Part shown: in pieces, positions 1 to 10,673 of the stretch | Layout of the letters: every line of letters starts with the position of its first letter | Numbering within the stretch: position 1 is the first letter of the stretch | Notes under the pieces: model-generated | Databases searched by the model: none | The model's input: only the letters and a program-made list of their open reading frames with translations | Told to the model about the DNA's origin: nothing | Source: a virus | Lineage: Duplodnaviria; Caudoviricetes | Length of the DNA: 64,000 nucleotides | Direction: 5' to 3' (one strand) | IMG/VR virus record: IMGVR_UViG_3300037501_000255 | Position numbers and translations under genes: made by a program

Positions 1-648
1 TTTATGAAATGAGTGTGCGCGGCCGTATTTTTTATTTATCAATCCAAGATTATATTTAGAATTAAGCAGCCCGGCGCCTAGAACTTCATAATCATTATTA
101 CCTATCTTGCTTAGGGCATCTCTATATATATCTCTATATAGAACATTGTCTTTTGAAGACATTAAAAATCCTACTGCATGTCCCAATATCTCATCAGCGG
201 CGGAATCTTGTCCGTAATAAAAAAATGTATCTATACAATTGTCATATTCTATTTTATTACACAGCATCTCTTCTATTGGTCTAATATATAAAATATCCAT
301 ATCTGACCACACACCTCCATAAGTATGCAGAAGATAATATCTTATTATATCAGACTTATGCACTTCGTTTATTGAATTTGATATGCCTATCGATTCACAA
401 TTGAATATTCTTATATCAACTCCGCAACTATGCAACTGCGGAGTGTAGTCTATTATATCGTTATTATTCTCATATTGTTTGTTGCCCCAGGTTGTCTGAG
501 AATTCAGACTGTGCGGAGTGTATACAACAATATTCCACTCTGGGTTTAACTTTTTAAATGATAATATCGATAGGAGTCTTAAAAATGACAGCCTGCGTGC
601 ACCCCAATAGAAATATATTGTTTTAGGTATTTGCGACAGCATCCACAT
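1..648 (-). CDS. DXD-motif glycosyltransferase (GT32/Gly_transf_sug-like), runs off the window edge
   Basis: Manual translation MWMLSQIPKTIYFYWG...EVHKSDIIRYYLLHTYGGVWSDMDILY. No stop before base 1. Paralog of 650-1483. Confidence 0.8.
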   Translation of the reverse strand, partial: MWMLSQIPKTIYFYWGARRLSFLRLLSILSFKKLNPEWNIVVYTPHSLNSQTTWGNKQYENNNDIIDYTPQLHSCGVDIRIFNCESIGISNSINEVHKSDIIRYYLLHTYGGVWSDMDILYIRPIEEMLCNKIEYDNCIDTFFYYGQDSAADEILGHAVGFLMSSKDNVLYRDIYRDALSKIGNNDYEVLGAGLLNSKYNLGLINKKYGRAHSFHK

Positions 649-649
649 A

Positions 650-1483
650 TTACACGCAACATAAATCTATAATAGTAGATAGCGCTGCATTTTTCGGAAT
701 GTTCCCGGGGCAACACCTCTCCTCATACGCAAGAGACAATTCGCTTCCACCATACCAGTGACATCCTATAGAACGGCTCATATCTATGGGTTTTGATAAA
801 AATAAATCTTTAATATTGGTAGGTAGTACCGGGTAAACCGAATATCTACTTATATTGCAAAGCTTTACTTGTGGAAATTTATCAATGATATCCGATAATT
901 TACGAAAGTATGTGTTTAACACTGTAGAGCCATGCGCCTGATATGCGCCCGCAGGAGCCTGCCTTGCCAATTGAAAGCAATTATTGAAAAACTCATTATT
1001 ACCAGATGAAAATAAAAATCCTATCGCATGCGCGCTTAATTCGGGATATATATGTATGCCAGTATTAGATGTGTGAGCCAATGGGTTTTCAATTACAATA
1101 TTATCAATGCTATTGGTATATACAATGTCCATATCAGACCACACTCCGCCATCCTCGGCGAGGAGCTTCCATCTAAGTAGGTCGGATTTGTGCACCTCAT
1201 GCATTTCATTGTCTATTCCATAATCTTCAAAATCATGTTCTATCACATTTGATACCGCACTGAGCGCTCGATCATAAAAGTTCTCGCGTATGAGTGGGGG
1301 GCGACTCTGTTCACCGGTTTTCCATGAAATATTGTTTCTGCTGGGGAATCTTGGAACATGTAAGTTTATTTCCCAGTTAGAATTAAACTTTTTCAAAGAA
1401 TGTATTGTCAAATATCTAAGGTAAGACATTTGTCTTGATGCAGATCCCCAATATAAATGAATTTTTTTAGGTATAATATTCAA
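650..1483 (-). CDS. DXD-motif glycosyltransferase (GT32-like)
   Basis: IPKKIHLYW, SDLLRWKLL..GGVWSDMDI, and a late HWYGG motif. Confidence 0.8.
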   Translation of the reverse strand: MNIIPKKIHLYWGSASRQMSYLRYLTIHSLKKFNSNWEINLHVPRFPSRNNISWKTGEQSRPPLIRENFYDRALSAVSNVIEHDFEDYGIDNEMHEVHKSDLLRWKLLAEDGGVWSDMDIVYTNSIDNIVIENPLAHTSNTGIHIYPELSAHAIGFLFSSGNNEFFNNCFQLARQAPAGAYQAHGSTVLNTYFRKLSDIIDKFPQVKLCNISRYSVYPVLPTNIKDLFLSKPIDMSRSIGCHWYGGSELSLAYEERCCPGNIPKNAALSTIIDLCCV

Positions 1484-2070
1484 GGAGCACCGTCGCTTCT
1501 AGAAGAAAACGATATGTTGAAATCATAATAATATAATATACGTTCAATTCTATGTTGACTTTTACAAGCATTGCTGGCCATTACCGCCCACTCAATATCT
1601 TCGCCATAATTTTTAGATGGAAACTTTATATCTTTAACGACATCTCGTTTAAAAATCATATTGTGGGATGGTTTGCCAGTCCAAAAACCGCGGCCCGTAT
1701 CATTTTCATTATACTCTAACTCGATACCGTATTTACAGTGTATTCTCTTACCAGAATGTACATGTGTGCAAATAATATCATACACTATCACATCCGCGCC
1801 ATTAGCATCGTCTATCGCTAGAAGCGCCTGCTCTATAAAATCTCCAACAACCCAATCATCATCATCCAGAAATACGATATATGATCCGGTAGCGGCGGCC
1901 AAGAGCGCATTTCTTTTATCGCCTATAGATAGAGACTTGTTGTCGTATAGGCATATGAGTTCAACACTATCTCTTCCATCAGCCTGTAACTCAAGGTAGT
2001 CCAACATCCTAGACATGAACGTTCTACGGCGAGCTGGTATAGATGGTATTAAAATTGACAATTTCTTCAT
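1480..2070 (-). CDS. GT2-family glycosyltransferase
   Basis: LSILIPS...KRNALL..ATGSYIVFLDDDD...YGEDIEW. Confidence 0.85.
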   Translation of the reverse strand: MKKLSILIPSIPARRRTFMSRMLDYLELQADGRDSVELICLYDNKSLSIGDKRNALLAAATGSYIVFLDDDDWVVGDFIEQALLAIDDANGADVIVYDIICTHVHSGKRIHCKYGIELEYNENDTGRGFWTGKPSHNMIFKRDVVKDIKFPSKNYGEDIEWAVMASNACKSQHRIERILYYYDFNISFSSRSDGAP

Positions 2071-3137
2071 ATATTCTCAGATATAGCTTCAATTATATGA
2101 TCTGACGTGCGGCCGTCACCAAGCCATTTCACCTTGCCTTTAAATCCTCTGCCATGAGAGTCGAGCCAAGTTACAGCCCTATTCGCCTGCTTTAAATAAT
2201 CATCTCTTTCTATATAAATCATCATGCTGCAATTATTGTCTACAGACTCTGGTCTTTCGGTGAAATCACGCGGAACCAGTACCGGTATTCCTAGCAGAGC
2301 AGATTCTTCTTGCGCACTGCCAGAATCTGAATATACAAATAGACTTTCTTGTTGAGCACGAATAAAATCTTTATATCCCATCAAATCTATAAATTCAATC
2401 CCATGCATATTAATTGCATTTAGATCTATGACAGACTTAGTTCTGGAAAAACTAAGCATCTTAACAGGCAAACTGTAATGTTTGCCTAACACTGCTGCTG
2501 TCTCCAATATTCTTGTAAGCCTAACTGCATGCTTGAAATTCTCCGGGCGATGAATGTCTAAGATTATATGTTTTGGGCTTGGTTTATATGACAGATCGGC
2601 TATATTAAGAAGGGGTTCTACTATGGTATTGCCAACCACATATATCGAGTCTTTTGCTATACCCTCCTTCATTGCCTTTTTCTTATAATTATTGTGATAA
2701 ACGAACAGCATATCTGAAACATGGTCGCAAGCCACGCGATTAGTTTCTTCAAGCATGACTTTGTGGTAAGAGCGCATTCCGGCTTCAATATGGGCTATTT
2801 TAAACCCCTCTTTATGAATTGGAATGGATGCCAGCACTGAATTGGAGTCTCCGAGGAATACTACCAGATCTGGCCTCAATTCAAGACACAGCTTAGTTGC
2901 TTTAACTGACAAATCAGCCACCTGCTCGTAATGGGGGCGGCCTGGGCTACCGGCTGACAGATTGAAGTCGGGCTCTCTGATATTCAAATCTTTAAAAAAG
3001 ACATCTGAAAGTTTTGGATCATAGTGCTGACCGGTGTGTACAAGTATGTGATTAAATCCGGCATCCAACTTGCGGAAAACTTCGGACATGCGGATAAAAT
3101 CTGGCCGTATCCCAGTTATTGTCATCACGGTTTTCAC
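2067..3137 (-). CDS. wecB: UDP-N-acetylglucosamine 2-epimerase
   Basis: TGIRPDFI, HTGQHYD, GDSNS, HIEAGMRS, EETNR, DSGSAQEE. Probable GTG start overlaps the upstream TAG. Confidence 0.9.
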   Translation of the reverse strand: MKTVMTITGIRPDFIRMSEVFRKLDAGFNHILVHTGQHYDPKLSDVFFKDLNIREPDFNLSAGSPGRPHYEQVADLSVKATKLCLELRPDLVVFLGDSNSVLASIPIHKEGFKIAHIEAGMRSYHKVMLEETNRVACDHVSDMLFVYHNNYKKKAMKEGIAKDSIYVVGNTIVEPLLNIADLSYKPSPKHIILDIHRPENFKHAVRLTRILETAAVLGKHYSLPVKMLSFSRTKSVIDLNAINMHGIEFIDLMGYKDFIRAQQESLFVYSDSGSAQEESALLGIPVLVPRDFTERPESVDNNCSMMIYIERDDYLKQANRAVTWLDSHGRGFKGKVKWLGDGRTSDHIIEAISENI

Positions 3138-3970
3138 TAGAACTCCTCTTTGATTGCAGATGCGCTGCCCCAGTCCCAACCAATATTTGCAACCGTAGCC
3201 CTTTCCTTAAGAGATAACCAAAGCGTCTGATTTGCATTGACTAGGTTTTCCTGGTAGCCCCGAGAGTGGCTGAGGTGGATGCCTGCTACCTGATCATTGA
3301 AAATAATTTGTATGCCATTACTGACGCAACAATGTGCAAAGAAATTGTCTTCATATGCAATCGAGCGCATAAATCCCTCTTCTACCCCGCCTATTTCAAA
3401 ATAATCAGATTTTCTAATAAATCCAAGGAAATAATTCTCATACTTCCATGGTCTTGATGGCACATCATCACGACACATGGCTCCATTACCAGGAACTCGG
3501 CATAGATCTTTTATTTTCTCGGTAGAAATCCCCCCAACCAATGTGCCAATCGCTGATACCGGCTTTTCATCAATCCAGCCCAAAACAAAGTGTTTTTCTT
3601 TGTTTTTGAATAAACGATTTACTACCTCCACATTCGTGCGTGAATTTATTACCTCAGGACTTGTAAGACATAGAATATCTCCAGATGCCATGCGGGCGCC
3701 TATATTCTGCGCCAATGCTGGGTTATAGGCGCCCCCATATTGCGATGGTGGGTGAGCCAGCGGGTGCGCTGCGGGGTCAATAAACAACAACCGCACCCTC
3801 ATTCCGCGCGCACGGCAGGCCCGTACAAGCTGCCGCAGAGGCTCGGTGTCGCCAAATGAATTATCTACTATAATAACCTCGAAATCTTTAGAGGATTGGG
3901 CTTCGAGCGTTTGCATGTTGGCCCTTAGCAACTCAACGCGATTTCTATGAGGAATTATATAACTAATCAT
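3137..3970 (-). CDS. GT2-family glycosyltransferase
   Basis: ISYIIPHRNR, FEVIIVDNS, NIGARMASGDIL, GGVEEGF..AYEDNFF. Confidence 0.8.
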   Translation of the reverse strand: MISYIIPHRNRVELLRANMQTLEAQSSKDFEVIIVDNSFGDTEPLRQLVRACRARGMRVRLLFIDPAAHPLAHPPSQYGGAYNPALAQNIGARMASGDILCLTSPEVINSRTNVEVVNRLFKNKEKHFVLGWIDEKPVSAIGTLVGGISTEKIKDLCRVPGNGAMCRDDVPSRPWKYENYFLGFIRKSDYFEIGGVEEGFMRSIAYEDNFFAHCCVSNGIQIIFNDQVAGIHLSHSRGYQENLVNANQTLWLSLKERATVANIGWDWGSASAIKEEF

Positions 3971-4647
3971 AATTTATATGCGAATGCTTCACAGATACCA
4001 GACTGATTCCATTTGTTGTGGATATACATGCTGTCGTGCATTGCAGGTCTATAATGCGTTCCGCCTTCGCGGCCTATATGATAACTACGAGATAGTGTTG
4101 GTGTTAAATTTGGGAGATTCTGTGCGGTCTGAAATGCCGTCATGCTCCAATCCCAGCCTCTCTTATCAACGTGATAATTTGGTGCAAAGTAATTGTCCCA
4201 CTGTGACTTGGTGGCTACAAAACTTAGGGCGTTAAAGCCCATTTTGGATATCACCACGCCGTCCTCGCCAGTACTATCTGGATTATACAAGTTTAAACAT
4301 AAATATTTATTTTTATCTTCAAGTGATAGATATGAGTCTATGAGCTTAGTGGCATCTGGAGACACCACCACATCATCTTCAAGCTGCCAAACCACATCTG
4401 CGCCCCAGTCAAACGCACGCTTTATGGTAGCAAATGGGTTTTCTTTGACCCCAAGTATTTTTGGATTCACAACCATATTCGTAGGAACAAAGTCTATATC
4501 CCTACATATTTTAATCACTTCTGCGGAGACGGGCTCTACTCCAATAAACAGAGTATAATCACTTATATCGTTCTTCTTTACAGATTCAAGGACCTGACAT
4601 AGGTATGCTGGGCGCTTGAAGGCAGTTATTGCCATAGCTTTCTTCAT
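3967..4647 (-). CDS. GT-A fold glycosyltransferase
   Basis: AFKRPAYL..VLESV, LEDD motif, GWD; lies inside the GT cluster. Confidence 0.7.
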   Translation of the reverse strand: MKKAMAITAFKRPAYLCQVLESVKKNDISDYTLFIGVEPVSAEVIKICRDIDFVPTNMVVNPKILGVKENPFATIKRAFDWGADVVWQLEDDVVVSPDATKLIDSYLSLEDKNKYLCLNLYNPDSTGEDGVVISKMGFNALSFVATKSQWDNYFAPNYHVDKRGWDWSMTAFQTAQNLPNLTPTLSRSYHIGREGGTHYRPAMHDSMYIHNKWNQSGICEAFAYKL

Positions 4648-5757
4648 ACGACCTCTTTTATGGCTTTTAGCATTTTAGCGCCAATATTAGACCATGAGTA
4701 TTTATCCAACCAATCCTGACTGGGCTGCGCGCGCTCACGGGCAACATTCTTGTCTTGGAAAACAGATCTCATTAGAATACGGAGATGATCTATGCTGGGC
4801 TCTGCCCATTGACCCCTATCCGTATATAGCGGCGAGTCCATACCACGAACCCGAGTTAGGGTGTAATCTATCAGATTTGAATTATCATAAGACATAAATT
4901 ATAAATTTCCAGAGTAACCGGTAGCAATTACTGGGGTGCCAACCGCCATCGCCTCTTGTATAGAATATCCCCATCCCTCAGCACGGTGCGGGGAAACCAA
5001 ACAATCCCCGCGTCGATGAAGCTCCCAAACCTCATCTCTAGACATCATTTTATGAAGAAGTACAATCTGCGGATGCGGTCCAACAGAGACTGAATTTTTA
5101 ATAGATAATATTTGCTGGCGTACCCAATCGCGATCATTAGAAGTTCCATCTAGCTTATATGTTTTAAGTACTAGAGCAACATCGTCCCGACCAGCAAATT
5201 AAGTTAAAAATGCCATTATAAGAGTCTGTGGATTTTTTCTTTCATTCCATTGAAATATGGAATAAAATATAAATTTATTTTCTGGTAAACATAGACTCTT
5301 ATCCAGACGCCCGCCATGAATTTCTGATGGATCAAGAGTGTGCTCTATCTTCTTAACCGGTACTTGAACGCCGCACTGTTTAAATATATCAACATTCCAC
5401 TCAGATGGAACCCATATCGCATCCATCTTATTGCATTTTTCAACCCAGCCATCAGGCAAGTGTGTAGTTTCCCATACAGTATAACCTATATTAGGAATGC
5501 CTTTAACAATAAAGCGGTCCCATAAATTTGGAACCATATGAACTATATTTAATTGTGGCGCTATTTTTTTTATCAAAATGATTTTTAAGACTATTGTAGA
5601 ATTTTGACTGATCTGTATTTATGGGCTCAAAATTTACCGACTTAATAGAGAAATCTATGTCGGCCCGCTGTGTCGCGAGAGCGGACAAATAACCTCTAGA
5701 TGCCTGAGAATACCCGGGAACTCCCAACGCGGCACATGAAAATTGCAGTCGTATCAT
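4644..5757 (-). pseudogene. GT4-family glycosyltransferase broken by a frameshift in an A8 run (5564-5571) and two in-frame TAA codons (5199-5201, 4899-4901)
   Basis: The pieces join collinearly with the intact paralog 6731-7855: GYTVWET, FYSIFQWNERKNP, AFLT*FAG..LKTY, RAEGWG, TGYSGNL*FM. Confidence 0.85.
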
Positions 5758-6746
5758 CCAGACCTCGGTAGAGAAAGATCGTATTCAAACATCTCTTTCA
5801 GGAGAGACTGCCATGTGTACTCAGGACTCCAGCCAATGTCACGAATCTTTGAAGAATCACCTTTCAAAAATGGAACATCGCTAGGTCGCATAAATCGCTC
5901 ATCAGCTTGATATACCTCTGCTGGATTAAGGTGGGCCAGGGAGCATACGTATTCCAGCATCTGTCTAATAGTCGCCCCATCTCCTGTAGCAACAACATAA
6001 TCATCGGGCATGGTTTGCTGTAACATCAGATGCATAGCTCTCACAAAATCTTTGCTGTGTCCCTCATCCCTGAAGGCTTCTAGATTTCCCATTAATATTT
6101 TCTTTGAGCGGCCAGTTACAATATCTGCCACACCTCTTGTTATTTTACGCGTAGCAAAATCAATTCCTCTACGTGTAGAGGAATGATTAAATAGGATTCC
6201 GCTACTGGCGTGCAATCCATATGCTTCACGATAATTTTTTGTGGCATGAAATGCAGCGAGCTTGGCTATAGCATATGGGCTACGCGGATTCAGTGGTGAA
6301 GATTCGTCAAAGCCAGCAGGTGGGCAGTTGAGGCCGCCAAACATCTCTGATGTTGACGCATTGTAAAATCTGGTATTTGGAGAAAAATGTCGTATCGCCT
6401 CTAATTGAATTATGACGGCTTCTGCATTTACTCTGAATGTTTCTATTGGTATTTTAAAAGAATATCCAACATGGCTTTGTGCTGCCAGTCCGTAGACTTC
6501 GTCCGGCTGCACATCTTTAAAGAGGGAGTTGATGAATCCTGCGTCGCAAATATCTCCCTCTAAGAGGCGGAGATTGGGGTGTCCATAGGCATCACCGAGG
6601 TTGCTGAAATCGTTGCCCGAACTAACTCTTTTATATAGTCCGGTTACCTGATAGTCTAGTGATAGCAGATACTCAGCTAGAAAGCTCCCGTCCTGGCCGA
6701 GCACTCCTGTGATTATAGCTTTTTTCACTTTCACTTCTCCTTCCAT
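5754..6746 (-). CDS. gmd: GDP-mannose 4,6-dehydratase
   Basis: KAIITGVLGQDGSFLAEYLL, LAAQSHVGYSF, YNASTSEMFG, SPYAIAK, GILFNH. Confidence 0.95.
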   Translation of the reverse strand: MEGEVKVKKAIITGVLGQDGSFLAEYLLSLDYQVTGLYKRVSSGNDFSNLGDAYGHPNLRLLEGDICDAGFINSLFKDVQPDEVYGLAAQSHVGYSFKIPIETFRVNAEAVIIQLEAIRHFSPNTRFYNASTSEMFGGLNCPPAGFDESSPLNPRSPYAIAKLAAFHATKNYREAYGLHASSGILFNHSSTRRGIDFATRKITRGVADIVTGRSKKILMGNLEAFRDEGHSKDFVRAMHLMLQQTMPDDYVVATGDGATIRQMLEYVCSLAHLNPAEVYQADERFMRPSDVPFLKGDSSKIRDIGWSPEYTWQSLLKEMFEYDLSLPRSG

Positions 6747-7855
6747 GACTTATACAGCGCTTCCAGGGTATTTTTCAGAGCAGCAAGCTGCTTGTCCCAA
6801 TTCAGTCGCCGCAGTAGATCTCCTCTGGCCGCGGCTGCCACTGCGCGAGCATCATCCTGATTTTTGTAAACATACAGCATTCTGTCTGCTAGCTGATCTA
6901 TATTGGGCTGTGCCCACCGCATATCGCCCGTATACCATCCGCCCAGATGCCTCATGTTAAATACAGGCTCGAGTTGATAGTCAATAAGATAGGAATTTTG
7001 ATCTGTCATGAACTCTAGGTTTCCGGAATACCTGGTACCGATAGTTGGGTTGCCTATCATCATTGATTCAATATATGGTAGACCGAGCCCCTCTGCTCTA
7101 GTAGGTAATACAAAGCAGTCGTGAGAGACATGCAGGTCTGTAATCAGCTGATCTGTGAGTTTTCCGTATTTCATAGTTATGAGCGGAGGGGAGCCTCCTT
7201 CAACAGAATCGCGGATAGCTAAAATTTCCTTGCGAAGAAAGTCCTCCTCCTCTTTTGAGTAGTTTTTTAGATATGTCTTTAGCGTCAGCGATACATTGCT
7301 ATTGCCCGCAAAAGCTGCTGTAAATGCTCTAATCAGTGCTGCTGGATTTTTACGTTCTGACCATTGAAAAATAGAGTAAAACTTGAAGTCTGGCTTCATG
7401 CCAATCCTTTGACGCTTGGCTGGATATAATTCCGGATCGATTCCCGGCACAGCAACCTCAACTGGTACGTTGACACCTGATGAAATAAATACTTCTTTGT
7501 TCCACTGACAAGGAACCAGGATGGCATCCATCTGGTTGCATTGCTGCACCCAGATTGGAGGTATCTTAGATGTCTCAAACATCGTAAAACCTATATTTAG
7601 AGCTCCTGGCTTTTTAAAGTTCTGATATACTTTTGGTATCATATTGATGATATTTATCTCAGGAGCTCTCACTCCTTTAGACAACATTGTGTTACATATA
7701 TCCCCATATGTGCCATGAGAAGCGTGTACCTGCTCAAAGCTAATTGGCTCCAGAGTTACATCCCATCCGGCACGGTACATCGCCACCGCCCAATTTCTAG
7801 CAAATTGCGCATAACCCGAGGAGTCCCTAAATGCTCCTACAAAATTTATCTTCAT
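6731..7855 (-). CDS. GT4-family glycosyltransferase
   Basis: SGYAQFAR, GFTMFET, RKNPAALIRAF, PTRAEGLGLPYIESM..G.PTIGT.YSG. Confidence 0.85.
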   Translation of the reverse strand: MKINFVGAFRDSSGYAQFARNWAVAMYRAGWDVTLEPISFEQVHASHGTYGDICNTMLSKGVRAPEINIINMIPKVYQNFKKPGALNIGFTMFETSKIPPIWVQQCNQMDAILVPCQWNKEVFISSGVNVPVEVAVPGIDPELYPAKRQRIGMKPDFKFYSIFQWSERKNPAALIRAFTAAFAGNSNVSLTLKTYLKNYSKEEEDFLRKEILAIRDSVEGGSPPLITMKYGKLTDQLITDLHVSHDCFVLPTRAEGLGLPYIESMMIGNPTIGTRYSGNLEFMTDQNSYLIDYQLEPVFNMRHLGGWYTGDMRWAQPNIDQLADRMLYVYKNQDDARAVAAAARGDLLRRLNWDKQLAALKNTLEALYKSWKEK

Positions 7856-8841
7856 TTCGCCGCCTCAATAATCTTGTGTGATGGCGCCGTTTTCTTAATA
7901 GCCTTCTTGGGCAAAATCAGCGCCGTAGCGGCCATCGCCAGAAGCCCAAAAAGTACGCCTCCGCTGCCGCTCGATTGCAGTTCGGTTTGTTCTTGAGGTA
8001 ATTCCTCTATCTCGGAAGCTGGCTCGGCTGCAGTCGCATCAGATAGGGCAGAGTGTAGCCATGCCTCAATTGCACTGGACAGCATTGCTGCAGACTTCTC
8101 ATAGGTAGCCATGGTAGTCTTGGATATCTCCTCTAGCCCGGCAATGTAGACATCGATTGATGGCAAATCGCGCACTTTGAATATCCGAAGGATGTTCCGT
8201 GCCGACAGTCCCCCAAGCATCATTAGAGTCTGCACGCGACCCGAGCATACTGATTGCGGTTCTATACGTATCAATTCAGCATACACGTCATACTCCATTG
8301 TTCCAATGGCACCTATGCAATCCCCCGCCTTATTGAAGCAGTATATTTCACCATTTTTAGTGAATGAAATAAGTGGTCCCATCTGTTTCCATGCATCATA
8401 TTCGCTCTCTGACAGCTTGATTCCGGAAAGATAATAAAGCCCCGTGTGCTGTGGCGATGTGTGCGAGACGGCTGGCCCATCAGTCCTATGTAGAACCCCA
8501 TGTCTGTACCACAATTCCTGTCCATCCTCCCTTATTACTGCAGGCATGCCTTCCGCGTGTCTGACGTTATCTTTGAAGAGCGAGAGTACCGAAATCCCTC
8601 CATCATCGGATCTTGTAGGATAAAGACCTTGACTGGTGCACAGTAACCACTGCTGCTTGGTTAGATTTATACCGTTGATATAGTATGCTAGGCTGGTGGC
8701 ATCGACCGACGCTGGGCCACTCAAGTTGTGGAGCTGATGCGTGGCTCGACTTCTTACTTCCCAGGCGGTTATCCCGCTTTGATCTTGTGAAGATGGGGTG
8801 GCATCAGCATCAATACTTACTAGTGGGCATGGTATAGCCAT
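7852..8841 (-). CDS. Hypothetical protein with HRxDGPA repeat and hydrophobic C-terminal tail
   Basis: WYRHGVLHRTDGPAV...YYLSG; C-terminal GGVLFGLLAMAATALILPKK. Confidence 0.6.
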   Translation of the reverse strand: MAIPCPLVSIDADATPSSQDQSGITAWEVRSRATHQLHNLSGPASVDATSLAYYINGINLTKQQWLLCTSQGLYPTRSDDGGISVLSLFKDNVRHAEGMPAVIREDGQELWYRHGVLHRTDGPAVSHTSPQHTGLYYLSGIKLSESEYDAWKQMGPLISFTKNGEIYCFNKAGDCIGAIGTMEYDVYAELIRIEPQSVCSGRVQTLMMLGGLSARNILRIFKVRDLPSIDVYIAGLEEISKTTMATYEKSAAMLSSAIEAWLHSALSDATAAEPASEIEELPQEQTELQSSGSGGVLFGLLAMAATALILPKKAIKKTAPSHKIIEAAK

Positions 8842-8954
8842 AATTCCTCCTGCGCGGGTGCGTGTGTGATCAATGCTGTATCGACCGCCGTGGCGCTATA
8901 GACGCAACGCATAATTCACCTGCCAGTTAAAAATTAATTAACTTTTTGAGTAAA

Positions 8955-8982
8955 AGAAAAGGCCGCTATGGGCGGCTTTTCT
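8955..8982. terminator. Intrinsic terminator-like hairpin, possibly bidirectional
   Basis: AGAAAAG-GCCGC-TATGG-GCGGC-TTTTCT in an intergenic gap. Confidence 0.7.
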
Positions 8983-9093
8983 ACTTGAGAATCTTTCTGA
9001 GCTTTTCAGCGAGCCAAATGACTGCCTCCAGTATCTTGAGCAAGATAAGGCGCATTCTTACTAATTTATTCCAGTCATCTCTCCAACCCATGA

Positions 9094-9650
9094 TTATCTC
9101 CATTTTTTGTAAACTAGCGCATCGCGCAGCTTCTTTAGACCCTTTTTATTTATACTTGCTGTAGGTGTGCGACGTGAATTTTCTTTTCTCTGACAGAAGG
9201 TCCAGTCGTCTTTCGAGAGGAATGCTGCGTAAACGGCATCAATACTTACGCACGCCGCTGTGTTACGTATACTATATTTAATCGCTAGTATCCACCCTTC
9301 TTCAACATTGTGCCCCTGCCAGGTTGAGTTTTTTGAGGCTTTAATCTCTATACCGCAAGATCCTTTGAGGATATAGTTGTCCGCATACACATCTCGCGGC
9401 AGAAGATCTGGATATCCTCCAACGCGAGTATTTTTAACTAAGTCAGGAGATGCGCACTCCAGACTTGACACCATTAATTCGGAGACGATGCCTGAGAGGG
9501 CGTTTGGTGCGAGTACTTTGCAAAGTGATGGCAACCCATCAATCGCTGCAGCCTCATTAATCCTAAAAAATAGCGCTACACCTGCGCTACCGCAGCACTA
9601 ACATGTGATATTGTGAGTCCGTGCGGTAAAACTGGCGTGCTATTGTATGA
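9094..9650 (-). CDS. PD-(D/E)XK restriction-endonuclease-like protein; N-terminus probably frameshifted near 9575
   Basis: GYPDLLP...GIEIKAS..WQGHN...SRRTPTASI. An upstream frame reads VLPHGLTISHVSAAVAQV. Confidence 0.55.
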
Positions 9651-10114
9651 GGCGGGCTAGAGCTCGATAGGGGGAAATGTCCTCTGAGTAATCGGGGGTC
9701 GTCGGGTATGAGAAATTCCCCTCTCACCACAGACCTGGGCGCATTGAAAGTATAATATAGTATGCGGTGAAAATCACGGAGGGCATAGTAGTCTGACTGA
9801 GGTGCGTACCTCCTGCACACTCCCAAAGTTAGTCGTCGAACTGATGGCAGAAGGGTTGGCAGTTGATCTTTTATCAGCGCCAGCCACTGAGCGAATGTTG
9901 CCGCCTGCTTGTCGTACACGGATAGCCTAGACTCGTACCTTGCCCTCTTTTGCTCGAATTTTGCCAGTATCATCTTTGTGCATGAGCTAATAACCCTAGT
10001 GCGGCGGGCTAGGCATATCCCTGCATTTAAGGGATTCTTCATGACTATATAATCTTCTAGAGAATGTCCTGATGGAATGCTAGCAATTAGCTCTGCGAGA
10101 GATGGGGGGTCCAT
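9587..10114 (-). CDS. Hypothetical protein; 3' end uncertain
   Basis: ORF in the operon orientation. Confidence 0.5.
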   Translation of the reverse strand: MDPPSLAELIASIPSGHSLEDYIVMKNPLNAGICLARRTRVISSCTKMILAKFEQKRARYESRLSVYDKQAATFAQWLALIKDQLPTLLPSVRRLTLGVCRRYAPQSDYYALRDFHRILYYTFNAPRSVVRGEFLIPDDPRLLRGHFPLSSSSPPHTIARQFYRTDSQYHMLVLR

Positions 10115-10272
10115 TTCCCTCTTCTTTGAAGAAAGAATTCTACCTTGTCTTCGTACAACTCATTTGTTCGGGGCGGGGATGGCGGTAGTGGGGCTATTGG
10201 CAGATCTTTGGGTTTTGCGGCGACCAACTCCGCTAGCTGTCTAAGTGGTGATTTCAATCTTTTTTTCAGCAT
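10087..10272 (-). CDS. Small hypothetical protein
   Basis: Fills the gap in the operon and overlaps its neighbours. Confidence 0.4.
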   Translation of the reverse strand: MLKKRLKSPLRQLAELVAAKPKDLPIAPLPPSPPRTNELYEDKVEFFLQRRGKWTPHLSQS

Positions 10273-10672
10273 TGCCTATCCTCGATATTACCCAATCTAC
10301 TACAGGATATAGTCTATCCTTTACTTTTAGGCGGGCCTCTTCTGGAGACAGCCATACAAATCCGTGATGCTCCGTCATGCCAGTCTGCGGATTTGGAAGC
10401 AGGCGCACATCTCCCTCGGGGCATGATGCTAGAAAGTAGCACGCAACTTTTTTGCCCTTTTTATATGGCAACGATTCTTGAAAATCGAGGCCCCACTGAA
10501 ATTGAGGATCTGAGAGATTAGTCTCCTCAAATAATTCCCTAATTGCTGTTTGCAGCGGCGATTCATCTGGATCTGGCTTGCCCTTAGGGAAATCAAATGT
10601 GTCGTACACTCTCAATAGCAATATCTTATCTTCTCTGACGGGAACAATTCCGTAGGATATCTCTTTAATCAT
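10241..10672 (-). CDS. Nudix hydrolase (Ap4A hydrolase-like)
   Basis: SYGIVP, DFPKG.PDPDESPLQTAIRELFEET Nudix box. Confidence 0.9.
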   Translation of the reverse strand: MIKEISYGIVPVREDKILLLRVYDTFDFPKGKPDPDESPLQTAIRELFEETNLSDPQFQWGLDFQESLPYKKGKKVACYFLASCPEGDVRLLPNPQTGMTEHHGFVWLSPEEARLKVKDRLYPVVDWVISRIGNAEKKIEITT

Positions 10673-10673
10673 G

